Below are positions 25,513-39,245 of a stretch of DNA of 64,000 nucleotides, piece by piece; the first letter of the stretch is position 1; every line of letters begins with the position of its first letter. The translations under genes were made by a program, and so were the position numbers. The DNA is from Rhina ancylostomus (Eukaryota). The stretch covers positions 12,287,607 to 12,351,606 of the forward strand of contig JARFYF010000067.1 of NCBI GenBank assembly GCA_030265395.1, given 5' to 3'. The notes below the pieces were generated by a model. The model searched no databases and was not told where the DNA came from. It was given only the letters and a program-made list of their open reading frames with translations.

Positions 25513-26979
25513 CTGCAACTTTAAAATCACACCCTTCTAGTGCCATGCACAGAATGGCATTGGTGATAGATGTGCCGGGGTCAATGGGATGTACTGTTCC
25601 ATGTACTCACTTCCAAAACAAATACAGCAGAATTAATGGATGTTTTTCGATTAAATACATAGCAATTCTGTTCTGTCTGCATTATCAGGGCCATTGTTCT
25701 ACATCAATAAAATCAAACTCAGTTTTTATTACATTAGATTCTGCATTTTACCAGAGATTTGGTGATCACATTCTGTAATTGTATCTCCATGGAAACAGAA
25801 ACTCAGTGGCCTTGAACGTTCTTTGTATAGACTGCATGTGAAAAGTGATCAGAAGGCAACAATTCTACTTGAAGTGGATTTAAATATTTATGAACAAGAA
25901 ATTCCTAAATATCTGAAGTTAGGCACTCAATTGAGACCTTGCGCAAATGCAATGAAACATGAATTATCAGGAAAGTATGGTGGTGTTTATGCCACAATGT
26001 ACTTAAGTGAATAAAAGTGACTTGGTTCATTGGAATTCAATGCTTGGATACCATTAGGTTTTATCTTCAGTCCCTTGCATGATTAATGTACTGCAGGCTG
26101 GTTTCACGTTTCGCAATGATATTGCTTCCACTCTTTTCAAAGGGGAATTTTTATTACCTTATTCATCTCTCTTATTACAGACATGTGTCCTCAAAGATTT
26201 CTTCCAAGCCTCAGTGTAAACAAGGCCATTATAATTAACTACTTTCAGTGACTGGCTGAGACCTTGATATTCCAACCTTTCAGCAGTCCAATGAAATGGG
26301 TTTTTGGGTAGCAAAGTATAATTAAACACCCATTCATATCTGCAATCAGGTTGAGTTTAACTGTAAGGGAGGGGAAAAAGGTAGAAAGTAGTGTCACTCT
26401 GGATCTCTCTTATACAGTCCCTATTGTAAGGTTCCCAAAAATCTGGAAGAAAACTCGTCAATTTGCTGTCAAAATTTTTTTTTCCATAGAATAGGATATG
26501 GGAGAGTTTGTTTCCAATAAGTAATAAATAAAATCCACTCACACTAACTAAATGAAGTAATCCACTCAGGTGCCTCATTGGAAAACTGTTCTCTCACCTT
26601 GAGTAACCCAGGTCCCCATTCTACCCAAACAGGAAGTGAAATTGTTTTCCCGAGAATGAAGCCTTAGCACCACATTAACCTTTAATCTGACTGAAAGAAT
26701 AACACACACTCCTTCAGCACTTTAACGATTCAAAATTAAATGCATTGAGTCGGTAATCAACACAACCCATGTTATAAACCTACCAATTATATTCATTAGC
26801 AGGGGAGATTTTTGTTCACATTTGTGTTAAGCTCTTGCTGAAATCAGAGCACTCTGCAGGAATGCTTTATCTCCATATGGTGCCTGCTCCCATCCCTAAC
26901 TGCAGTCTTTGCTGTTAGTAGGATTTTCACTGCAATCCACAATCTGTGCGATTGGTCTCTTCACACATTTCTATCATAC

Positions 26980-27022
26980 CTGCGGTAACTTACTGCTATA
27001 CACTGGTTCCTGATACACTATT
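26980..27022 (-). CDS. RBFOX2: RBFOX2 exon M43 (muscle-type, mutually exclusive with B40), IVYQEPVYSSKLPQ
   Basis: ttattatag|AATAGT...CCGCAG|gtatga; exactly 43 nt, phase 2-0; peptide resembles Rbfox M43 exons. Confidence 0.92.
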
Positions 27023-27806
27023 CTATAATAAAACACAGGGAAGAACATTGGCGACGAGGCTAGAAAAAAAAACAACCAAAAAGAGAGAGACCCTCCTTGG
27101 ATAAAGCCATTCTATTTAGAGGATGCTTTACACTGATTAGCCTTTAACACTAGATTTATAAACAAGCGGCAGTCACAGGCTGCACAACTACATACATTGA
27201 AAAGGTTGAACACTTGTTAAATTTACTCTGAGCACCTGTCACAACATTTCTTTCACCAACTGTCTTCACTACTATTTATAGATCAAAAGGTGAGGGATTT
27301 GATTTCAAAGTCAAATGCATGCTCAACAGACTAATATTTTTCCAATAAATTTCAACATAATTAAATGTAAAAATCTAAAGGGGGAAAAATTGGTGAGCAA
27401 TTCTGTAAGCCTAACAACTGTTTTCTCAAGGTTTTCCTTACAACCTAGGTGCAGTATCAGAACCAGTGCAGCAAAGGTCAACCTTACTCAATATAAAAGC
27501 AATGATGTCAATGTGATATTCCAAAAGAAACTCTGATTCTTTTAGAGCACAATGCTCAAAGGATTCAGAACATTGTACACTGTAAATATTAAAGGATCAC
27601 AACTTTAGCTGACAAAGCTTAAGCAGGGTACAAAACTGAGGGGACTAGTTTCAAGTTTAAACAACTCAGTCAAGTAACCGAAAACTATGAAATTAACACC
27701 TCCGAGATATGGAAAAATACAGAGCTGGAGGAAGTATTAGCATACTGATATAAAGAATGGCTTCATCAACAGAAGGGAGACAGTGTAAAATAATATTTAT
27801 ACTTAC

Positions 27807-27846
27807 ATAGAGATCGGCACCATAAAATCCATCCTGGTAAACCACA
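27807..27846 (-). CDS. RBFOX2: RBFOX2 exon B40 (non-muscle/brain), VVYQDGFYGADLY
   Basis: tctctgcag|TGTGGT...CTCTAT|gtaagt; exactly 40 nt, phase 2-0. Confidence 0.97.
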
Positions 27847-28289
27847 CTGCAGAGATGCACACAGAAACACTCTCATTACTGCAATACCAACATGCAGGGG
27901 CTAATACAGGCAAGGTTTGTCACAAGAATTCCACTGCTGGTTCAAATGCCCACCAGAAATCATTGAAAGTTTTGTAATTAGGTATTTTCCCAATGAAATG
28001 TATTTACAGGGGAACAATCACGCTGCCATCTTGGAGCTGCTATTTTTAAAGCACTTGACTGCCCTGTCAATAGGGCCGAGCCACAAGTTCACAGACATAA
28101 CTTGGCAGTATCAATGCTCTTCAGTTAGGTGAGCCACCTAATTAGCACTCAACTATAAACATGTGGACACAGAAACAAGAATTTGAAATTTAAAAGGAGT
28201 TTCTACTAACTCAGCTTCTACTTACTCCTTTCATTTGTTGGTCACATGGGAATCAGGCTACACTGCTATTAATAGGTATCCACAAAATG

Positions 28290-28900
28290 TAATCTAAAGG
28301 CTAATAGAATGTTGGCCTTTATCTCAAGAGGACTGGAATACCCAATGAGGAAGCAATGCTTCAATTGTTCAGAATATCGATGTTTCCACCTGGAGGACTG
28401 CATTCAACTCTTGGCATTACATTTCAGAAAGGATGTACTTTAGCCTTAGAAAGAGTGCAGCTCAGATTTACCAGAATGATACTGGCAATTTATGGGTTAA
28501 ATTAAACATCATAAGTTTGGGTTCTATTTCCTTGAGTATAGAAAATTAAGTGTGATTAAATAAACAATTAAAATGATAGAAGGATTCCATAGATTGGTTG
28601 GAGAAATTACTTCAAGTATTCTTTTTAAAATTAGAGCTGGGTGTTTTGAAAGTAAGATCAGGAAGCCCACTCTCTATAGCATGCGTAGTGGAAACAAAAA
28701 TAATTTCACTTCAAAAGGTTGTGAATGAATACTGGGTCAAAGGAAATTTATAAGTTTGAGATAAATATGCTTATATAATAAAGGTGTTAGGAATATCAAA
28801 GGATATGGAATTAAAGCAGGAAAGCTGGTAGTTGAGGTTAAAATCTGATGTTGATTGACAGAAAAAGCCTGAGAGGCTGCAAACCTGCTTCTGTTCCTAT
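28290..28900 (+). mobile_element. Degraded CR1 3' fragment
   Basis: KANRMLAFISRGLEY, LERVQLRFTRMI. Confidence 0.75.
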
Positions 28901-31440
28901 GTAAACACAGGGACCAGGATTCCTTTTCTCTGCTCCAAGGAAGGCTTATTCCACCAATGGATTAATAGGCCCACATATTAAGACAGAATGAGGCTAGCAT
29001 TATGAGATCGACTGGTTGCACCTGACTGAGGAGATTCACACCACTGTCCAGTAAAACTCCAAGCTCTAGTAGTACCTGCCTTAAAAATGAACTCAAAATT
29101 TCAGAAGTGCACATTAGTTTTGGTGAGTGCCATTTGAGTCAAGAGTTCTTAAAGCCACTTATGGTGAATCAATTTATTTATTGAGCATTTTAATATACGA
29201 TGCACATTATTTAGAAGCAGGCACTTCAATGATTTAAGAATTTCTCTGGCCCAGCATTCAGCATTTTGCAATTTAAAAAAAAAATCCAATGTTCCTGAGC
29301 TCCTCTTACACTTGAGACAAACCTTGCTTCTCAGCCATCAGTGACAATGTTAGCTAACATAAATTATCCACATGCTTTAAGGATTCTTAAGAGTCAACAT
29401 TACGTTAAAACATGCATGTGTTAAAAGATTCCTTTCAGAGCCAGTGTGGTTGAAGCTATCTGATAAACACAATATTAGAAAAATTCCTTTATAGCAGATC
29501 AAGGATCTTTGCTGCCAACTTCTTCTAAAGTAAATATTCTTTCTGTCCATTCCTTTACAGTTATTGACATCACCTGCTTGAGGTGATTTGAAGTAATGGG
29601 TTACACACTGTTTAACAATGCAGCATCATTGATTGCACCCAGCATGCCTGAGTCTTTGAAACCATGCAGGGCAAGAGACACAAGACCTACACACAAATGG
29701 TATGTGGCAATATCTAGGATAAACTTATTGTTCTACTTATTAACAAAAACATAAACCATTGAATGGAAAGTATTTGCCATAACACAAAACATTGGAGAAC
29801 CAGTGACGTGACAATAAATAGAATTGGCTTCATAAACAGAGGATAGGCACCGAATTCCAAACACTTGAACTGGTGACACAGCTGAAGATTCCCCATGTGT
29901 GGCACACAGTGGAAAGAGGTCGGAAAGGGGCCAACATCAACTCTAATAATTGTACAAAAATCAGAAGAAAGCTGTAATGATAACCTCTCTATTCAGCATA
30001 GCTGAGTTACAAAGTCATAAGTTTCATAGTTCAAGATGTGGAAACAATTGTATAATTATAATATTTGAGAGAGGGAACAACATCTTCCTCAATTTATAAA
30101 CATAGTATAATTGTGGTGCTTAATTCAGCCTAGAAAAATGAAACAAAGGACCAAGGATTCCACAGACAATATGAAAATGGTAACAAAGATATTCATACAA
30201 GTTTCCCTGTTGCTTAATGAGTGAAACTGGAGTCATATGCTGCAATAACTGTGATGAAGGATGCATTCTTTATTCAGTTAAGAATACCAAAATGCTGTAT
30301 TAGACTTGCACATGCTATAAGCATTTGATATACTTAAAATGGATTGTTTAATTATACAAAAATCAACAATGACATGTTGGAACTCTAACATAATACAGCA
30401 TTGACCACTGATTGGTGGTCAAGGATTCACCACAGAGGAAACACCTGATCTTTGCCAGTAGACACNNNNNNNNNCACTGCATGCTCTTGAGCAAAATGGG
30501 GAAATTGCCAGCACAAACTTCGAGCATACATCAGGGTATCAATCATTCCTGTGCATACAGAGAGAACTGGCAACAAGTGGTAAGGAGTAATTAGTGGGCA
30601 AGGGAGTTTCATGGTGAGCAGATTAAGGTAAAAGATATATGAAATATACAATTCTTAATCTCAATGGAAAAGTGGAGGATTTAGGAATAAACAATGTCAT
30701 ATATCGCCCACATAGATTGTATGGGCAATTTATGAAAAGTGGAAAGTATTAAAAAGAAAAAACAATGTTACTAATTTAATTGACAGGCTGAGCCAGACAC
30801 TTCCAACTCCCTAAAGAAATTATAAAACAATTTATTTTGCTATCTATTTTAGTATAAAGATAACAAACATGAATCTGTATCTTGGAATTCCTTAACTCAA
30901 ACCTAATTTGCTTGAGACCACTCTTTAGTTATTCTGAATGATTCCATATTATATGTCCACTAATTACATGAGCCAAGGACATACCAATACATCACAAGCA
31001 ACCATAATAGTACAATCTATGAAGTTATCTGAAGACATTGCATGTAGTTTAACCTAATCAACACTGTTGTCTATTTGATGGACTTTCTAGAACAAACAGA
31101 ACATTATCATGTGCAGCAAGCAAGTAGTTAGGCATGTGGTACACTGGAATGATCTCTAAACCATGAAATTTTCAGAACACCCATGATGTTCCACATTAAA
31201 ACCCTCCATATCTGGTCAGAGCAAATCACTGAGCAAAGATTTTTTTGCTTTCCACTGTGAGCTGAAGGGAAAGGGGTCAATTAAAAGGTCATTCTATTAG
31301 CAATACAATTGTGACATTAAGCACAAGATAATGAATTCAAAGAAACAGGGAGAGTAATGATGTTAGATATAGTGATAGCTATCCAGTTCGAATCTTCATG
31401 CACAAAGATTGCTAATTCAATTCCAAATGCATCTGCTTAC

Positions 31441-31570
31441 CCTCCGTAGGCTGGTATGGCAGCGGGAGGTGCTGCTGCACGGAATGCGCTATAGACTGCA
31501 CGACCTCGTCCTCTCAGGGCACCTCTCAGTGCAGCTGCAGTAGTGGCTGCTTGATATGGGAAACCAGGAA
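31441..31570 (-). CDS. RBFOX2: RBFOX2 exon, 130 nt, (V)[42 protein letters not shown](G)
   Basis: catcttcag|TTCCTG...ACGGAGG|gtaagc; phase 1-2; start of Fox-1 C-terminal domain. Confidence 0.97.
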
Positions 31571-33892
31571 CTGAAGATGTGTAGAATTAAGGAGAGAAAT
31601 AGGTCACTGTCAAAAGCTGTCATTAAATATTAGTTCAAAATAACAATCTTTTTAAGCAGCACTAACAGTGGCTTTGACATAGCAATCAAAAAATCATTTA
31701 AACAATTAAAGCTGCACTGTGATGTATATAAGCATCACTGAAAACAAAATGTTTACCACAAGGCTGCAACAAAATACATCTATAGAGTAAATATGTAATG
31801 TACTAACATTGCCTGTAAATTACACCTGAAATTCTAAAAAAATAATCATACACAAACACAAAATCAACTGTTTCTGAATTAAAAAGTGAGACTACATGAC
31901 GTAGACATTAATCACTGCAATTTCAGCAGTGGGGCCCTGGTCCTAATGCAGTCCCGGCTCATGGTATGAAAATCAACTCTGCTCCATGTCAAACTTCTAC
32001 CTTGTGCGCAACATTGCCTATACCATATATGTTCAAGATTGTTTGACAAGTGAGGGATCTAAGGGTTCTGATTTACAAGCCACTGAAGGTCTGTAACCAG
32101 CGATGTGTGTTTACTTCAAAACCAATTATAAAGCTGATATATTTCTTTGAGGATATAAAAGGACAAACAAAGCCTGAATTAGATCTCATCTTGAGCTATG
32201 TCCAGCTTAGATCATCTCAAGGTACAGACTAATGTAGATAATAAGCAAGCTGGAAAAGATTAAGAGAGGTGTCATTTAATTGGTCCCTAGTTTAAAGATG
32301 GGCAGTAGAGCTGTAGATGATTACCAACAGAAATAGATTAATGTGTGTGGATGAAAGTTTCAGCAGATGAGTCAAACAGAGTCATATGTGGCTTTTCTAA
32401 AGAGATAGAGAAAGGTAGATATTGTGGAAGTTTAGATATCTGATCTGAAGCTCATATAAATGTAAAAAAATTTGTTATTTCATATAATTGCTCAGAAGAG
32501 GTCTGAAATCAATGTCTGGGATCTGAATATTGTGATAGGACTGAGAATGATGCAATCTTTCCAATATTTAATTTGGGGAAGTTTCTATTTATCTATTGCT
32601 GCATGACAAGCAATTTGACAATTTCAGTAGAGTGGAATGGTTAGAACAGGCAGTGCTAATGTAGATCTGGAAGCCAATGACATACATATGATGATTGACA
32701 GCATGTTTTCAGACTATTTTGCTGAGGGGAATGACATAGATTAGAAATAGGAGGGGCCAGAGACAGACCCTTTGGTGACACCGTAGGCTTGGGAATAGAA
32801 GCCTCTTCAGGCGATAGAAACATGGAGAGGGCATGGATATGATCTTCTGTCTTAACAAAATACTCTTAAGCTCTTCTCATTCTTCTTGATATCTTTCATG
32901 TCTTGAAATCTCTCTCCACCTCCAGCCATAAATGAATTGACATGAAATGAGGCAGGTGTAATATACTGAGGATAATGCTGGAGTGGTGCTGGATAAGGAT
33001 GTTAAGGTTAACAGTGCCACACTTCACAAACATTGAGAGATACAGAAAAAGTTAGATGTCAAAAGATTCCTTCCCCCTACCCTTCAGAGGCATTAAATTC
33101 GGGAACAAGCTGCCAGCACATGCAATGAGTAAGGACTCACATCAAACATTAAAAATACACTCAAGAGTTTGTAAGACTGGACAACATGAATGGGCTGTCT
33201 CCTAATTCCCATGCCCCTATGTTAAGCTTGGAGGCTTCATCACCTTCAGGGATTGGAGAGAAATTTCTCAGAGTTCACCCATAGTTGTTTTCTCTGGTTC
33301 TTAGCTTCTCCCAGTGATTAACAAGGCAGTTGGAAAGGAAGGGAAAGATTGGATACAAGTGGGGGTGGGGGCACATAAAAGTGAACCCTTAACAAAGTAG
33401 GATGGGTTGTTTGAACTGATCAGCTGGTCACCTTTGGAACGTTCAGAATATTGGTTCCATTTGCTCTATTATGCTAATATTGTGCTAATACAGGAAGAGA
33501 GTACAAAAAGATTTACTCTACACATCACCCATGCTGTATTTCACAACACAATAAAATACAAAATGAAAGTACAAAATCAAGGCTCTCACATCCATAAATC
33601 TGAAGGAATGTGACAGAGTGATTTTGCAAACTTAAACTATCAAATTCTTTTTGGTGAAGCTTGCATTGAGTTGGTGGAGGGGGTAGAGGAAGGGAGTAGG
33701 TGAAAATCAGAGTGTGGACCTGGAAGGAATAATGGAGATCACATTATCAAATTTAGTTGGATGTGGCAAACTACGATAGCAGATGTTTTATGAAGAGATA
33801 TATGGAGACACACTATAGCTTCAGAAGTTAGCTGGTCATTCTCTACAACACAGTGTATTTTATTTAAATAGAATGCTCTTAATTGGTCTTAC

Positions 33893-33967
33893 CATTGTGT
33901 GTTGGACTGAGTGCTGTAGAGGCAACAGGATGTAGGTGGAAGGGTAAAGATGATAGTGATGCTGGAC
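33893..33967 (-). CDS. Candidate in-frame alternative RBFOX2 exon (75 nt, or 69 nt from acceptor at 33961), (GP)ASLSSLPFHLHPVASTALSPTHN
   Basis: tttgttag|GTCCAG|CATCAC...CACAATG|gtaaga; both acceptors give phase 1-1 with no stop. Confidence 0.5.
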
Positions 33968-34775
33968 CTAACAAATAAGATGCCACATAAATAGCATTAA
34001 AACTTAGTTTCCAAGGCAGCATAAATGCATTATATACCTCATCGCATAATGATATTTTGTTTGTTAAACCCACACTCACTTTAATTTTATATAGCCCCTA
34101 CCTAAGACAATAATAGATCATTCAATAATTTTAATGGATAATTCAGATTAACTGCAAATGTCTAATTCCACCAGATTATTTTAATTTTCTTTATCCTTTA
34201 CATCTAATTGGTTTCTCTACTTCCTCCATTTAAAAAGTTCACAGTACATATAAAATTAATTCCTTTCGGGGCAGAGAAGAGCAGTTTCTACAGAAGTAAA
34301 AGATATTAATTTTCTAGAATGAAAATAGAACCAAACACAAAAAAGACCAAAATGTTCTTTTGATTTTGGTAGCTAACAAAAATTACCATAGATCCATTGT
34401 ATTTATGTTCAAGGGCTACCAGTCACTCAGTTACAAATTCTAGTATGATTGTGAACCGTGCAATCCAACATATCCCAGCCTGGGCTCACTATGTTGACCT
34501 CAACAGACCAACCTAGGGAGGGCAAGTCTGCCACAGATCCACTTCTAAAAAGATCAGAGTCACACATGAACCTACTGAGGAGCAACATTTTCAAAGATAG
34601 AAAACAAATGATCAATTTTAGTGCAAAACTGATTTTTTTTTCAGATTGGTTCTTTGGAATAATTTAACAAGTGAATAGAAACTGCAAGACAGACATGTTG
34701 TAAGGAATCCCAGATGAGATTGCTTTTCTTTAAACTTGTACAGTATACAACTGAAAGCTGACAAAAACACTTTAC

Positions 34776-34829
34776 CTGCATAAAATTCAGGACTGTAGAC
34801 AGCACCAACCACAGGGCTCAGCTTCCAGC
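34776..34829 (-). CDS. RBFOX2: RBFOX2 exon, 54 nt, (G)[17 protein letters not shown]
   Basis: attttcag|GCTGGA...ATGCAG|gtaaag; phase 1-1. Confidence 0.97.
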
Positions 34830-36214
34830 CTGAAAATTAAATGCAAATGAAGTTAAATGGTGGCAATATCAAGCTGTAATTTAAACAAATATAACACTGA
34901 GTACCCAAAAGATGGTTACAATGAGCAAATCAGAATACCTACAACTTTGACAGATGTTGGTCTACCAAGCTACTCCATTATAATAATCTTACATAGCTTC
35001 TTAACAGCAACTTTAGCCACATGGATAAAAAATATTATGCACAATATTTGTGGTAAACACCAGAGCTCTCAGCATCCTTGGGTTATATAAAGCAAAACCA
35101 TCCAGTCCTCAAGCTGGAAGGGAACTCTGCACAAGCACAGGAGCTGCCTACTAACATTCACCATCAGGGTTCACACAAGCTGCTTGGTCATATGTTCTGG
35201 TGGGCAACTGGTGCTACTTGCAAGGGCACCTGAGGCAACAGTTATAGAGTGTGAATAGTACCTTTGGAACTGCACTCCAGCAAAAGAGTCAATGCAATTA
35301 GGAGAGGAAGACAGGGAACAGACAGGCAGTAAAAAATAAATTAGTAAATCTCCGTGAATTTCATTTCTATACACAGATGCACACAGATGGTTGCTATGAC
35401 TTCCAAAGAACAATTGAACAAAACATGCTTTTCAGAGTGTATGAAAGAGATAGTAAGTGCCCCAGTGTAGTTCCCATAGGCATATTATCATTAAAACAAA
35501 TCTTGAAAGCGCTGATCTTGAAAATTGGTCAGAGGCATGTTTGAGGAAGAGTTTTAAAGGAAGCTGGGAATGTGGGAAGCCTTGGGAGAGAATTCCAATG
35601 CATGAGACCTATGCAAACAATAGCAAGTCAACCGAAGTACTGGAGAGCTTGGGTCAGAAAGCTGTGTGTACCATCTGGCAACATGCTAAGAATGCAGGGT
35701 TTATAGAATAAGATGCTGATCTTAAATGTGAGTTTGTTATTCTTCTTCGCCAGTTTTATTAATTGACCAAGTTATTGGCAACCATCCCAATTCCCATAGA
35801 GTTTTTCATCAACAAGTCTGTCACAATGAACCCAATACATCAAAATGTATTGATTGTACCCTCAGAAATGCTGTTGCGTCTGATCACAGATAGATACATG
35901 CCTCGTCCTATAACAACTGTCAAGTTTTCTTGACAGTATGAATGAGGGAGAACAGAATGTAGACATGGAGAAGGCCCTAATGCAGAGCAAGTCAGGAGAG
36001 AGCAAAAGATGTCAAACAAAGGAATCAAATGACAGTCTCCGTTTCGCTCCATTTTTCATCTCTAAACAATCAGAAATTAAGTCATCAAATGGTATAGTGC
36101 CATAGATGCTGTCATGAAAGGAATGAACAAGACTTAGATGATTTTGGGGACGCCAATTTTCTTGATATGTGGTCTATAGTTGTAGCAAGATGTTTCTACT
36201 CTTGCACTCAAATT

Positions 36215-37800
36215 CATTTGGAATGAAGGGCAACATTTGTGGGCCTTTCAAACTGCTTGCATGTACTGGCATGTAAACTCTCAGCAATTAGTGTACAAGG
36301 ATACTCACATTTCTCACCATTTAAAAATTCCCCCACCTTTCTACTTTTCCCACCAAAATGGATAACCTCAAATTTTTCCATCAAACCTCCTCGTCCAAAA
36401 CCCTTAAAGACCAAAACTCTGTACTAAAATGAACGATTTGATATTTTGCCACATTAGTCCATCTGCCATGTCCTCTCCAGTTCAATTAGCTTGGCTATAT
36501 GCACTGAAAACACTCTGCATCCTCCTCGCAATATACACTGTTACTTAGCTTTGTATTATCAACAAACTTGCATGTTTTCCACTTGATCCCCTCATCCAAA
36601 TCATTGATGTGGATTGAACAGCTGGAGCCCCAGCACCAATTGCTGCAGCACCCCATCAGTCATCGTCCAATCCAAAAATGACCTGTTGATTCCTATTGTT
36701 TCGTCTGTTGGTCAATGCACAATCTACCCCAATACTTTACCCGAATACTATGCCACTCCAACTTTGTTCACTATTGTGTGTTCCACTTTATTAAAGAACT
36801 TCTGTAAGTCCATATAAAACTGCATAAGCTACGTTTTCTGTCTGTTACTAACCCTCCATTCACGCTAATNNNNNNNNNNNNNNNNNNNNNNNNNNNNNNN
36901 NNNNNNNNNNNNNNNNNNNNNNNNNNNNNNNNNNNNNNNNNNNNNNNNNNNNNNNNNNNNNNNNNNNNNGCTAATATATTACTCCGCAATACCACATGCT
37001 CTAATTTTGTTTAATAATCTCGGGCAAAGGCCTTCTGATAGTCCCAATACATTCTAACTCATTTGTCCTTATTTATTCTGCTAGTTACTACCACAAAAAA
37101 CTCAATTCTGTCAATCTCGATTTTCCTTTCATGAATCCAATCCTTTTTAAGAAAGAGAGTCTTGTTACCACCTCCTTAACAATATATTCCAGCACTTTCT
37201 CTATTATTGATATAGGCTAACTAGTTTATGGTTCTCTGTTTTCTCTTTATCTCCTTTCTTAAAGAGTGAGATTACATTTGCTACCTCTTAAAGTGAGGGA
37301 ATCACACTGGAATGTATAGAATTTTTGAAGACGACAACCAATTCATTCATTATCTCTGGAAACCTCAAGTATGCAGAAAATCAGGTAGTGGAGATTTATC
37401 ATTTTCAGTCCTATGAATTTTGCCAATACTATTTTTTTAACCAAAGCTAATTTCTTTCAGTTCTTCATTCACTCAAGATCTGCATTTCATTACCATCTCT
37501 GGGAGGGTTTTTTTTCCAATGAATTTTTTCTATGAAGATGGGCACAAATTATTTGTTAAATTTCTCCTCTATTTTCGTACTCACAGTGTAACTGCTTCTG
37601 CCCTAGTCTGAAAGGAACCCATATATACCCATGGAAGTATGTTTCTATGTTCTTTGCAAGCCCTGCTCTTGTATTTTACTTTCTCTTTTCTCATCATTTG
37701 CCTTGGTTATCTTCTGATGAATTCTAAAGTTTTTCTAACTTTTTTGATAATATTATATCTTTTCCTTTGATCCAATACTAATATCCTCTTGATTGCCTCT
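36215..37800 (-). mobile_element. Degraded CR1 ORF2 fragment
   Basis: EKFEVIHFGGKSRK, GVLQQLVLGLQLF and DLDEG-type RT motifs on the minus strand. Confidence 0.7.
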
Positions 37801-38099
37801 TATGTTTGCTGCTAGCCTTTCCTCATGCTTCTCTCTATCATCATTTCCTTCTTCAATTCCTTTTGAACTTCCTGTGATCAGACTAGATTTCATGTGCTAA
37901 TACTGGCATCAGTCATATGTTCATTTTTGCCTGCTTGATTTTACTCTTGAAATAGCCAGTTAACTTCACTGGTGGGCAAATTACTAGAATCCATTCTGAA
38001 GGTTAACATAAAGTTTCACCTTCACATTAATCTGGGACATTAACAAATTAGTAACAAATTCACACTCAATGTTTGATGAACAATTGTTTTTTTTTGAGA

Positions 38100-39245
38100 T
38101 GAAGGGTCAATGAAGATTTGATGTAGTCCATGTGGATTTTAGCAAAGCTTTTGAAAAGGTTCTGCATTGCAGGCAAGTGATAAGAGTGAAATCTATGGGA
38201 ATGAAGGGAGGGTGGCAAATTGGAATCCAAACTGACTCAGTGGCAGAAAGCAGGGTAATGTTTGATGGGTGTTTTTGTGACTGGAAGGCTGATCCTAGTG
38301 GGTTCCACAGGGCTTTGCACGTGAACATTGATTTATGTAATATATTAATGATTTTGACCTAAAATACTTGATTTTGACTAAAAGCATGATTAATAGTTTG
38401 CAGATGATACAAAAAAAATCTGTGTGGTTGACTGAGTAAAGCTTTAGATTGCATGAATACATAGATGGTCTGGCCAATTGGGCAGAAAAATATCAAATGT
38501 AATTTCAGAGATGTTTGAGGTAATAGAAGATGCAATAAGAGAATACATTATATGAAGGCACAGAGTGGTGTGGAAGAACAGAGGGACCATAGCATGCATA
38601 TCCAAGATCTTTAAAGACAGCAGGAAAGATCAGTAGGGTCATTGAAAAGGCACAATATACTTTACTTTATTCACTAAATTATATACTATAAAGAGCAGAG
38701 AAGTTATGCATTCATTTCTGATGAATGCATTCATCAGAAAAGATGTGACTGCAACAGAGGGGGTAGTAGAGGAGATTTACAAGGGATGTGGCCAGGACTG
38801 GAAAGAAACACAGCTAACAGTAAAGGTCGGGTAAGCTGGGGTTGCTCTTTTTGGAATCTGACAGAAGACGTAATTGAGATCTATAAAAATACTAGGGTCC
38901 TTGAGGAAATAAAGCTTCTTGCCTTAGCCAAGGGATTAAAACTCCAGGGCATATAGTTCATTGATAAAAGTACCAGGAAGAGGATGAGGAAAAGGATTCC
39001 CATCCCCCAACATCTCTCCCCACCCTATCTAGTAATGGGTCTTGAACTCCCTGTCTTAAAGGATGATGGAGGCAGAATCCCTCATCACATTTTAAATGTA
39101 CCTGTGTGTATAAGAAGATTTGTGACCTGCAGGGCTAGAGTCCTAGTGTTGGAAAGTAGGACCGAGTAACTCTTTTTAAGCAGGCACAGATAGCATAGCT
39201 CAAATGGCTTCCTTCGATGTCACAAGTTTTTTTTAATCATTTCTA
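38100..39245 (+). mobile_element. Degraded CR1 RT to 3' end
   Basis: DVVHVDFSKAFEKVLH, FADDTK. Confidence 0.85.

Noticed and set aside
34427-34615. ORF containing ADLPSLG, reminiscent of mammalian RBFOX2 ADVSLG
   Set aside because: I found no phase-1 AG acceptor for that frame; the obvious acceptor (tttttag|AAG) gives another frame with an early stop.
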